Assembly (NCBI RefSeq): GCF_006345805.1 | Contig: NW_021824096.1 | Span: 1-20,002, forward strand | Length of the DNA stretch: 20,002 bases | Reading direction: 5' to 3' | Source of the DNA: Octopus sinensis | Lineage: Eukaryota | Shown: positions 9,891 through 19,345 of the stretch, in pieces | Numbering within the stretch: position 1 is the stretch's first letter | How the letters are laid out: the number at the start of each line of letters is the position of its first letter | Made by a program: the position numbers and the translations under genes | The notes under the pieces: model-generated | The model's input: only the letters and a program-made list of their open reading frames with translations | Told to the model about the DNA's origin: nothing | The model's database searches: none

Positions 9891-12800
9891 TTAAAAAAAT
9901 GTTTCAGCCCAAAAGCTGCGGCCATGCTGGGGCACCACCGTTGACTGTGCTACACTAGTATGTGAAACCACCTCTGATACGTGGCACTTGGTCGACAAGG
10001 GAGTTCGACGCCGCTGTCCGTATCTGTGTTTCCTGCTGAGAGGTAGGTTCATCTGGAACCCCTGACAAGAAGAGATCGAGTTTAACTTTAAAGAAACCCA
10101 CATCCACACCATGCAGTTCTCTCAGGCATTTAGGAAAGATATTGAAGAATTGTGGTCCCCTGAAACCCAAGCAATTGCAGCATCTGGTCTTGTATTTTGA
10201 TGGTGATGTTGGGATCTTTGGCACCATGCAGTGGCGCCCCGTTCTGCTGTTGGTGTTACTTTCAATGCCTAAATTTGGGACAAGACCCTCCGGGATTTTC
10301 CAGATGTTTATCACTGCATATCTCTCCCGCCTTCGCTCCAGCGAGAAGAGTTTTAATACTTTCAGTTTTTCCCAGTAGCTTATATGTTGCATTGAGACGA
10401 TATTCTTAGTGTAACTTCGTTGGATTGCTTCGAGTTCTGCTGTTAACTGTATATTATGTGATGACCATAGTTGGGAGCAGTAGTCCAAGCGGCTCAGGAT
10501 GAATGTTTTCCAAAGTACCATTAGTGTCTCCTTCCCTCTTGTTCTGAAAGTTCAGAGGATCCATCCAGCTAGCCATCTGCATTTTATCACCAGATTAGTA
10601 ATATGTACTTGGAAAGATACATCATTGCTCATGTCAATGCCCAGGTCACGCACTGATTTTGACTCAGGAATTACAATTTTTCCCGGGTCAGTGTATCCGG
10701 TCTGCATGTCGTTCAGCTTTGTGTGCCGGTAACGCAGGGCTTGGAACTTCCCTGCATTAAATTGCATGTTGTTGTCCTCAGCCCACCTGTATATTGTATC
10801 CAACTCCCGTTGCAGATGTGCAATATTTCCAGGGTTTTGTTTTGTCTGAGAGACTTTTATGTCATCTGCATAGCTAGCAAGGATGTCCAGCTTAGCAACT
10901 GAGGGCATGTCTGAAAGGGCCACTATGATCAACAGTATCCCCAAGACAGTGCTCTGTGGAACACCACTTGTTATTTGTGTGTCCGTGGAGGTGGCTCCAT
11001 TGGCCACCACTGCCTGTCTTCTATCTTTTAGGAAGTTGTGCAGCCACTCTACAAGTTTTCCGCCTATGCCGAGATCACGCAGTTTGTGACAGATCATACC
11101 ATGGTCGACTTTATATCAAAGGCTTTTGGCAAAGTCGAGATATATCACATCACACTTGAGCCATTAATAGCTATTTTAACGACCCAGTCATAGTGTTGCA
11201 GGAGCTGTGTTAGACACAGCTTCTACTACCGGTTCGAAATCCATGCTGGGTGTCAGTCAGCAAGAGTCATTTCCTTCAAGGAACATGCTTAGTTTCTTGC
11301 GGGCCATTCGTTCCAATGACTTTGTTGATGTGTGAGGTCAGAGAGATAGGCCTATAATTTTTAGCATCGCTCTGCTTCCCCTCCCTTGTGAATAGGTATA
11401 ATAATCCCTTCTTTCTTTCAATTTGACTGGGAGCTTCCACTTGGCCAGAAAGCTGTAGCGTTTTTTTGCAAGGGCTCGTTTGCACGATTTGAAAAGGATC
11501 GCTGGAAAATCCATCAGGTCCAGCAGCTTTTTGTTTTTGTATAACTTATCTATGGCCAGTGTGATCATCATCATCTTCAATGTTGATGTACTCAATTTTT
11601 TGCCTCTTTGGGCTACAGGTAAAGTGGCAAAGAATTCTAGTTTGTTTACTTGCCTGTGTCCTAGAGGTGTAGTGAACACACTTTGGAACTGTTCGTTCAG
11701 TATTTCACTTATCCTCATGGGATTTCCTGTAAAGGAACCATCTTTTGGGAAGAGAGGTCCTATCCTCTGGCGCACTGTGGCCATCTCTTTGGCAAACTTA
11801 AAGAAGGCTTTAGGGTTTGACTTGATATTTTCTATAACCCAAGCTTCTTTATCTGCTCTCTCCTTTTCATGAGACTGATGCAGACTTTTCTAAATTTCCA
11901 TTAGTATTCTCTCTAGGCGAGACTTCTCACCACTTTTGGTGTGCTTGCTCAGGCGGTTCGCAATCCTTGCCCGTCGTCTCATAAGAATCGTCCTTTCTCT
12001 AGGAATTCTGGTTTTTGTGTGTGCTGGCCCTGCACACTGGGACATATTTGTCGCATATGGCTTGTATTATGGACATGAAACGTTTGGTGTGGAAAGACAT
12101 TTAGGCCAATCCTGTTTGAGGATCTCTTTCTCAATCAACTTCCAATTTGCTTTATGAAAGTTTAGTTTGGAGAGATTGTGGATGCTTCGTATAGGCTGTG
12201 TGTCTGTGGTGGCTTTTCGTCCATACACAGACAGCTCTATTATGTTGTGATCCGAGACCAATGTCGGCATCACTTTAACATTATGGATAATATCCATATT
12301 GTTTGTGAAGCAGAGATCCAGTATATTATTTGCCCTTGGTTGCAGCACAGTTTGCTCTATGAAAGAGGCATTTATGAGGTGGAGCAGGGACTCCGCCTGT
12401 GCTTGCTGATGGTGTGTCGTCCCTGGGAGCATCTGCCCCCCCAGGCCATTCCACATTGGAGAAGTTCAGTCACCCAGGAGAATACACTGTTGGTTGTTCC
12501 AGTTTGGTGAGAAAACTTCTGTTTTTGGTAGGCAGTCTTCAAACACCCTGTGTGATTTGGGGCATCCGTGGGCGATATGTAGTACATATGACGATATTCA
12601 GTTGTCTATGTGGTACAATTAGAGTGTCACACACCGAGTTTGAATATGACAACAGGACCTGGGGGCGTGAGGTCATCTTGGATGTACACTGCAACTCAAC
12701 CATGACTCTTCTCTTTTCTATCTGAGCGTAGACCATAAACATATTGTGGGTATTTTTATTTCTGCATCCCCTCTATATCAGGCCCAGAGGTGTTTTCTAT

Positions 12801-13025
12801 GAGTGCCATGCATAGGGCTTGATTGCATGCCCGCAGGTTCTCTCAGGAATGAGATTTTCCTTTTACAGTTGCCCGCGCAACAGCCCTCCTACGTTTAAAA
12901 GAAATATTTTTGTTACAGATGCAGGATGGCCACCACAAAACACCATATATTGGTGTTTGTGGTGGCCATCCTGCATCTGTTGTTGTGTGTGTGATGGCCT
13001 TGTGTGATGGTAGGTCTAGTTCCAA
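9891..13025 (-). mobile_element. CR1/L2-group APE-RT LINE with essentially complete but disrupted ORF2; ORF1 absent
   Basis: Minus strand: APE start KIFLLNVGGL (~12910), DAEIKIP, YRP, QPRANNILDLCFTN, SDHNII; RT NYRPISLTSH, SGVPQSTVLG, YADD (10872-10861), FNAGKFQAL, VRDLGI; C-terminal SRLDYCSQLWS, FSLERRRERY, FKVKLDLFLSGVPDEP; short 3' UTR ending in a stem-loop. Confidence 0.93.
12915..12980. repeat. Near-perfect inverted repeat (31/30-bp arms, 5-nt loop)
   Basis: ACAGATGCAGGATGGCCACCACAAAACACCA-TATAT-TGGTGTTTGTGGTGGCCATCCTGCATCTGT; the arms differ by one base in an A/T run. Confidence 0.97.
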
Positions 13026-13029
13026 TTTT

Positions 13030-13190
13030 TATATATATATTATATAGTATATTCTATATATATATATATATATATAATATATATATATTATATATATTAT
13101 ATATATATAGATATATATATATATAATTTTTATTCATATATGTATGTATATGTAACTTTCTCCCTCTCTCTCTCTCTCTCTCTTTTTCTC
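13030..13190. repeat. (TA)n and (CT)n microsatellites
   Basis: Direct repeat runs. Confidence 0.9.
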
Positions 13191-13423
13191 TCACTCTACG
13201 CACACTCACCGACACACACACACCATATGATGTCTTACTTATTCTCAAGAAATGAAAGAAGGTAACAAGTTTATAATGATGTATCAAATAAGTAATACAC
13301 AATAAATAAATACAACCGTTCACTGAACCTTCCACACACAGAGATGTCCTCCTGGATGCTTCGAACCAGATTTCCAAGAAATCTTGCAACAATGCTCTCA
13401 CTTTTATATATTAAATTACCATT

Positions 13424-13428
13424 ATTAA

Positions 13429-13459
<31 letters not shown>

Positions 13460-13515
13460 ATTACTGTTATTGTTGTTATTGTTGTTGTTGTTATTATTAC
13501 CATCATTATTATTAT
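13424..13515. repeat. (TTA)n/(TTG)n microsatellite
   Basis: Direct triplet runs; explains the poly-N/poly-L ORFs. Confidence 0.95.
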
Positions 13516-14297
13516 TCAACTCCTCCGACCTTGTATGTTACTGCGTATGCATGATCTTCCTTATGTCTGCTGACCTATAATGACAATCTTACAAACAGTA
13601 ACATTAACAAAAACCCTACCCTGAATACTATGCCTTATCTCTGATCTGTCGCAGATCTCTGCAAATGTCAAACGTGACCTACATTCGAGTACTTCAGGCG
13701 TGTCTGAGATGGCGATGCTGCTGCTACACACAGCAGCATTCTCTAGACTTCACACAAAACAGGTCATTCATCTAATAAAGCAAAGATTCACTCGCAGTTA
13801 TATATTTCGCCACTGTTCTACATAAGCGCTTGTCTCATCTCTCTTCACCACCAGCGATGTACTTCATCTACCCATCTCTCCTCCCATCATCAGCTTTGTG
13901 TCTAAACCCCCCTCCCCCAAGCCTTCCCAGACATGCAACCCTCAGCAATTCCCTCCCTGCCCACGCTTTACATACATACATATATATATACACCAGCCTA
14001 AAAGCTATTCGACTTAGACATCATCTGCATCAGCTCACCACTATACGATGGCCTGTAATAAAGGCCACGACCACTTTTTTTCTCTTCTTCTTCTCCCCCT
14101 CCTACAATTTCTTTTTTTATTTCGCTTCCTATTCTTTCGAACTGATATTACTGTCCGCTGATAAACCTGTTGCTTTCTCAAGGAATCTACTTCGTACATT
14201 AACGAAGACTTCCACTAATCTCCCTTATTGTTTATCGTACAAGGGCTGAGAAAAAAAGAAGCACATATAATATTTGGCACGGTATATACAAAGACGT

Positions 14298-14392
14298 GTA
14301 TGTGTGTGTGTGTGTGTGGTGTGTGTGTGTGTGTGTTGTGTGTGTGTGTGTGTGTGTGTGTGTATACATTGTGTTGTGTGTGTGAGTGTGTG
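14298..14392. repeat. (TG)n microsatellite
   Basis: Direct dinucleotide run. Confidence 0.95.
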
Positions 14393-14446
14393 TATAATGA
14401 CGTTGATCTTTTTCCTCCTTTGTCTTGACTTACCTGCTTCTTCCTG

Positions 14447-14479
14447 TTTCCGAAGAAGAGCTATGCTCGAAACGAAAAG
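14447..14479 (+). ncRNA. Degenerate hammerhead-like motif, probably inactive
   Basis: UUU-CCGAAGA-A-GAGC(UAU)GCUC-GAA-AC-GA-A-AAG: same layout as 9726-9761 but U4 is C and U16.1 is A. Confidence 0.5.
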
Positions 14480-14938
14480 CTTCTACCCTTTTCGTTCTCT
14501 GAGCGCCTCATCAGTACATTGCTGTGCCACGTCCAAACGTTTATTTTTTTCTTTTTCTTTTTCTCTATGTTTTTTTAATTGACTATATGTGTGTTGTGTA
14601 ATATATTGTGTGTGTATATATATATATATATATTAGATATATATAATATATAATATTACGTTATATAATTAGGGCTCAGTAAAATATTTACTTTACCACA
14701 TACTGAAACTTTTAGAAATAGCAGCCAAAAAGTTTTTTTAGCCATTTCTACTACTTTAAGAAAAGTCTCCCAGATAGTGCTTACTCAAAAATAACTCACG
14801 TAGATATGGAGGGAAAAGCAGCAAAATATCACATGTACAAAGATTATTTGAGAACGCTCACGTTTCTAGATTAGTCGACATTTCTTTCGTCAGCTCAACA
14901 TTTCTTAATTTGGATTTGAAAGCACTAAAAAATTGAAC

Positions 14939-15328
14939 ATACATATATACATACATGTATATGTATGTATGTATGTGTGTGTATGTATGTGCGTGCGTAT
15001 GCGCGTGTATGCGTAGAGGTGTATATGGGGGGAGTGTGCGCACGCACGTACGTGCGTATATGTGTGCCTGTGTACGTGTGTGAGTGCGTACATGCAAGTG
15101 TACCTGTGTGTGTGCGTGCATGTATATATGCATGTATTACGTATGTATGTATGTATGTATGTATGTATGTATGTATGCATGCATGTATGTATGTCTGTAT
15201 GTATGTATGTATGTTTGTATGTATGTATGTATGTGCGTATGTATGTATATATGTGTGTGTGTATGTATGTATGTATGTATGTACGTATGTATGTGTTTAT
15301 GTATGTCTCTGTCTATCTATATGTATGC
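14939..15328. repeat. (TATG)n/(TG)n-rich simple repeat
   Basis: Direct runs, partly degenerate. Confidence 0.93.
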
Positions 15329-16177
15329 CTGTTCAAGACGACTTTCTGGCCGGGACCTACGAACAACTTCCAGAGATCCCTGGCTTGGCAGTGCTACCGA
15401 GAAGCGCTACCTGTTCGGGATAAGCTCTACAGAAACGGCTCGATAAACTCGGGGCCGACCTGCCCGAGATCCGGTCAGAACGACGAAACCGTTCTGCACG
15501 CACTCGTACAGTGTCCAACAATCTCCGACCTGTGGCCTTATGTCGAACAACTGCTGTCACGTGTGGGACGAGTCGGTTTATCAGCTGAGTCTATCGTCAT
15601 ATTGTCACGCCTCCTTCCTTCAACGGGAAGGAAGAGCTATTTTCATCATCCTTGTGGCTATGGCGAAAGAATGTATCTTGGTGGACGCGTCTAAAGGATT
15701 GGAGACAAACACTTCTCTCGGTCAATCTCTCATCACACTTCTTCAAGTATCACTAGAAAAGGAAGTGAGAGTAGAGAGGCAAGTTTTGTCTAGCGAATGT
15801 TTCAAAAAAAGATGGGTGAATGTAGCAAGGATGGCACGTATGGATGACGAAGCATAATCCTATGAGCATAATCCTATGAAACCGGAAAAATTTAGAAAAT
15901 TTAGAAATGTGTTAGCATGTAACATTAATGACCGAGGTTACCGTGATCTTTTCCGTAGGCTTTTCTTTCCACGGATAAACCTTATCTGTTTCCGCCTTTA
16001 CACTTTACATCATGACATTTCTGTGATACACGATCCTTATTGATCGTTTTTTTTTTACGATCCCTTTTGATCGAAAGCCTACCCCCCCCCCCACTTTTTT
16101 TTTCTCCTCAAAAAGAAAAGCTCTACTTTGTAATTTGTCCCGTCTGTGTTCAACCCTGTTTGGCTAATAAAGAAACA
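15329..16177 (+). mobile_element. L1/Tx1-clade LINE, 5'-truncated 3' fragment (zf-RVT region + 3' UTR)
   Basis: LAWQCYREALPVRDKLY...CPRSGQNDETVLHALVQC..LW (CCHC with the second C changed to S), then frameshifted AKECIWWTRLKG-like and FKKRWVNVA; AATAAA at 16166-16171; possible 11-bp TSD TATATGTATGC (15318-15328 / 16178-16188). Confidence 0.85.
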
Positions 16178-16420
16178 TATATGTATGCTTGTATGCATGT
16201 ATGTACATGTGTATGTATCTATCTGTCTATATGTACGCATGTATGCATGTATGTATGCATATATGCATGTATGTATGCCTATATGCATGTATGCATGTAT
16301 GTATACATGTATGCATGTATGTTTGTATGCATGTATGAATGTATGTATGTATGTATGTATGTATGTATGTATGTATGTATGTATGCATATGTATGTATGT
16401 TATATATGTATGTATGTATG

Positions 16421-16454
<34 letters not shown>

Positions 16455-16456
16455 TG
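16178..16456. repeat. (TATG)n/(TGCA)-type simple repeat
   Basis: Direct runs. Confidence 0.95.
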
Positions 16457-17000
16457 TCACTTTCGAGTGCTACTGCTGAAATGTAACCCAGTACAACCTG
16501 TTGCATGGTCGGGTCGTCGGCGACTAAGCCGGCAACCCCACCAAGCTTGCTTGGTGAGAGGAGGGTGTTTATTGGACCCCTGCTGGATGAAAAACAAAAC
16601 CGTCAAAGGCGGAGGAACTCTTGAGAGTCAACGGCCATCCAATAAATGTTCTTAGCTGTGTCATGCGCGGGACAAATAGAAATAATCGGACTGAATACCC
16701 GATCGCGCAGTTAAACCATTGGGAGTGAAGGACTCCTAGCCTTTGTTAGGGCATCCTTCTAAGAGAAGGTAACTCAGGTAACTGGGATAACTGCGACATA
16801 AAACCTGCGGCTCAGTGGTTACCGATGATGTTGACTTGTTCTTCTTTTCAGATTATGGCTGCTGTTGCTTAGTGAGTGGGATTGACTCAGTGCACAGCCT
16901 TTCTTCACTTTAAAAATTATCTTCTTACACAGGCATTGCACGATAACAACATTAAGCTTCGTGCAATGGCCATATTCGATAATGAGGGGGCAGCCACCAT
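16457..17000 (+). mobile_element. Probable RTE-clade LINE 5' UTR fragment
   Basis: Complex non-coding island between (TATG)n tracts with GAGAGTCAACGGCCATCC and GGGCATCCTTCTAAGAGAAGGTAACTC...AAACC, which resemble RTE 5' regions as I recall them. No coding domain is present, so the assignment is inference. Confidence 0.45.
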
Positions 17001-17045
17001 GTACGTACGTACGTATGTATGTATATATGTATGTATGTATGTATG

Positions 17046-17079
<34 letters not shown>

Positions 17080-17308
17080 TGTATGTATGTATGTATGTAT
17101 GGATGGATGGATGGATGGATGGATGGATGGATGGATGCATGGATGGATGGATGGATGGATGGGTGGATGGGTGGATGGATGGATGGATGGATTATCTACC
17201 TGTCTGTCTGTGCGTGCGTGTACGCGTGTGTGCGTAGAGGTGTATATATGTTATGTATGTTATGTTATGTATGTATGCATATGTATGTTATGTATGTATG
17301 TATGCATA
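17000..17308. repeat. (TATG)n and (GGAT)n microsatellites
   Basis: Direct runs. Confidence 0.96.
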
Positions 17309-17653
17309 TGGAGTATAAGGCGTGATGATAAGTAGGAAGTGTGATTTTAAACAGGATGTATATGACGTTAAACAAGCTATGCTATGTGTATATTGCCCGT
17401 ATCAACGGTTTGTTTTTATTAACAGTGACCTTATTTATAAATAATTTAACACTTGTTCTGTAGACATAACCGTATCTGTTTAAATGCCACACTATCTACA
17501 AAAACGTATTCCACATGCTACAGTTGAATTTATTGCCTCCCGTGTTTTATAAATGAATCGGGATTTCTTTTCGAGTTACCTCCCATTGCAAAAACAACAT
17601 TAAATCATATTTTTTGAAGCCGTTTCATTTCTCTGCTAACATACATACATGCA

Positions 17654-18150
17654 AGGGGCGAGCCGGCGGAAACGTTAGCACGCCGGGCGAAATGTTTAGC
17701 GGTATTTCGTCTGCCGTTACGTTGTGAGTTCAAATTCCGCCGAGGTTGACTTTGCCTTTCATCCTTTCGGGGTCGATAAATTAAGTACCAATTACGCACT
17801 GGGGTCGATGTAATCGACTTAATCTGTTTGTCTGTCCTTGTTTGTCCCCTCTGTGTGTAGCCCCTTGTGGACAGTAAAGAAATAGGTTTTTCGTCTACTG
17901 TTACGTTCTGAGTTTAAATTCCGTCGAGGTCGACTTTGCCTTTCATCCTTTTGAGGTTGATAAATTAAGTACCAGTTGCGTGCCGAGTCGATCTAATCGA
18001 CTTATTCCGCTTGTCTGTCCTTGTTTGTCCACTCTGTGTTTAGCCCCTTGTTGGTAGTAAAGAAATAGGTATTTCGTCTGCCGCTACGTTCTGACCTCAA
18101 ATTCCGCCTCCCCAAAAGTGTTGGGCCTTGTACCTAGAGTACAAAACAAT
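17654..18150 (+). mobile_element. SINE-like element with an internal ~184-bp unit repeated about 2.2 times
   Basis: Head GGCGAGCCGGCGGAAACGTTAGC, box B-like GAGTTCAAATTCC; unit starts GGT.TTTCGTCT at 17701, 17885 and 18068. Confidence 0.8.
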
Positions 18151-18154
18151 ATAT

Positions 18155-18331
18155 AGGAGTGGCTGTGTGGTAAGTAACTTGCTTCTCGACCACATGGATC
18201 CGGGTTCAGTCCTACTGCGCGGCACCTACAGCAAGTGTCTTGGGTCGACAAGGTCTTGTGAGTGGATTTGGTAGAGGGAAACTGAAAGAAGCCTATTGTG
18301 TGTGTGTGTGTGTATATATGTATATATATAT

Positions 18332-18363
<32 letters not shown>

Positions 18364-18570
18364 GTTTGTGTGTCTGTGTTTGTGCCCCCAACATCTCTTG
18401 ACAACCGACGCTGGTGTGTTTACGTCCCCGTCACTTAGCGGTTCGGCAAGAGAGACCGATATAATAAGTACTAGGCTTACAAAGAATAAGTCCTGGGGTC
18501 AATTTCTTCGACTAAAGGCGGTGCTCCAGCATGGCTGCAGTCAAAAGACTGAAACAAATAAAAGAATATA
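18155..18570 (+). mobile_element. tRNA-derived SINE with internal (TG)/(TA) tract
   Basis: Box A TGGCTGTGTGG (18160-18170), box B GGTTCAGTCC (18203-18212), microsatellite at 18297-18363, 3' tail GGCGGTGCTCCAGCATGGCTGCAGTCAAAAGACTGAAAC (18517-18555) and an A-rich end. Confidence 0.85.
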
Positions 18571-18574
18571 TAGA

Positions 18575-18775
18575 TATATTTGTGTTTGTCTCCCCACCAT
18601 CGCTTAACAGCCGATGATGGTGTATTTACGTCCCCGTAACTTATCGGTTTCGCAAAAGAGACCGCTAGAATAAGTATTAAACTTACAAAGGATAGGTCCT
18701 GATATCAGTGTGCTCGACTAAAGGCGGTGCTCCCGCATGGCCACAGTAAAATGACTGAAACAAATTAAAGAATAT
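18575..18775 (+). mobile_element. Second copy of the 3' half of the same SINE family
   Basis: Aligns to ~18365-18570 (TTTACGTCCCCGT.ACTTA.CGGTT, GAATAAGTA, CGACTAAAGGCGGTGCTCC) with multiple substitutions. Confidence 0.85.
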
Positions 18776-18964
18776 ATATATATACACACATTTATATATT
18801 TGTTGTGCAAGATTTTTTATGTGAAATCGTGTGTAGAAACAGATATTGTTGTATTTCGGAATGGTCATTTTGCCAGTTTAGCCAATAAAAACACACGCAC
18901 TATATATTTGGTGTCATTTTACTTCAGCGTTATTTATTTTTTACATTAATCTTAATTATTTCAG

Positions 18965-19004
18965 CCAGAGTTCTTTCGTCACACTCCTGTGACCGCATCA
19001 GTGG
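18965..19004 (-). ncRNA. Minimal type I hammerhead-ribozyme-like motif
   Basis: Minus strand CCA-CUGAUGC-G-GUCACA(GGAG)UGUGAC-GAA-AG(AA)CU-C-UGG: stem I CCA/UGG, 6-bp stem II, cleavage triplet CUC, core A9 changed to C. Confidence 0.7.
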
Positions 19005-19235
19005 TCCTTTGCTTTCTCTTTTCTTATTGTGTGTCTCTCCTTACTAACCGTCAGCCTTTTGTATTTCTGTTGTATGTGTCTTCATTTGCTCATACGTATA
19101 TCTCTATGTACGTCTATGTTTAGTTAGTGGGGGGGGATGCCTGTAATATTTGTATCTTCTGTTATATACGTTTGTATGTAATTTTTTTTTCTTTTTGTTT
19201 ATTCGTATTTTGTTCATGTGTTTACACCCACTTAT

Positions 19236-19266
19236 TATATTATTATTATCATTATTATCATTATCA

Positions 19267-19305
<39 letters not shown>

Positions 19306-19345
19306 GCTTGTATTATGTATGTATAACAACAATACTAGTAATAAT
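19236..19345. repeat. (ATT)n/(ATC)n/(AAT)n microsatellite in the PLE 3' UTR
   Basis: Direct triplet runs. Confidence 0.9.

Larger units (their letters stand above)
13300..14580 (+). mobile_element. Heavily decayed Penelope-like element 3' part
   Basis: Frameshifted traces of LPYV (~13557), CKC..TYI(R) (~13660-13690) and HSSIL..HKTGH (~13730-13770), then a hammerhead-like motif at 14447-14479 and GAGCG..T.A.TACAT similar to the first PLE's terminal repeat. Confidence 0.5.

Noticed and set aside
14858-17335. Many MYVC/HTYI/WMDG ORFs
   Set aside because: Translations of (TATG)n and (GGAT)n repeats.
18155-18230. tRNA gene
   Set aside because: Box A/B present but no complete cloverleaf; continues into a SINE body. 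The same applies to the heads at 821-886 and 3639-3697.
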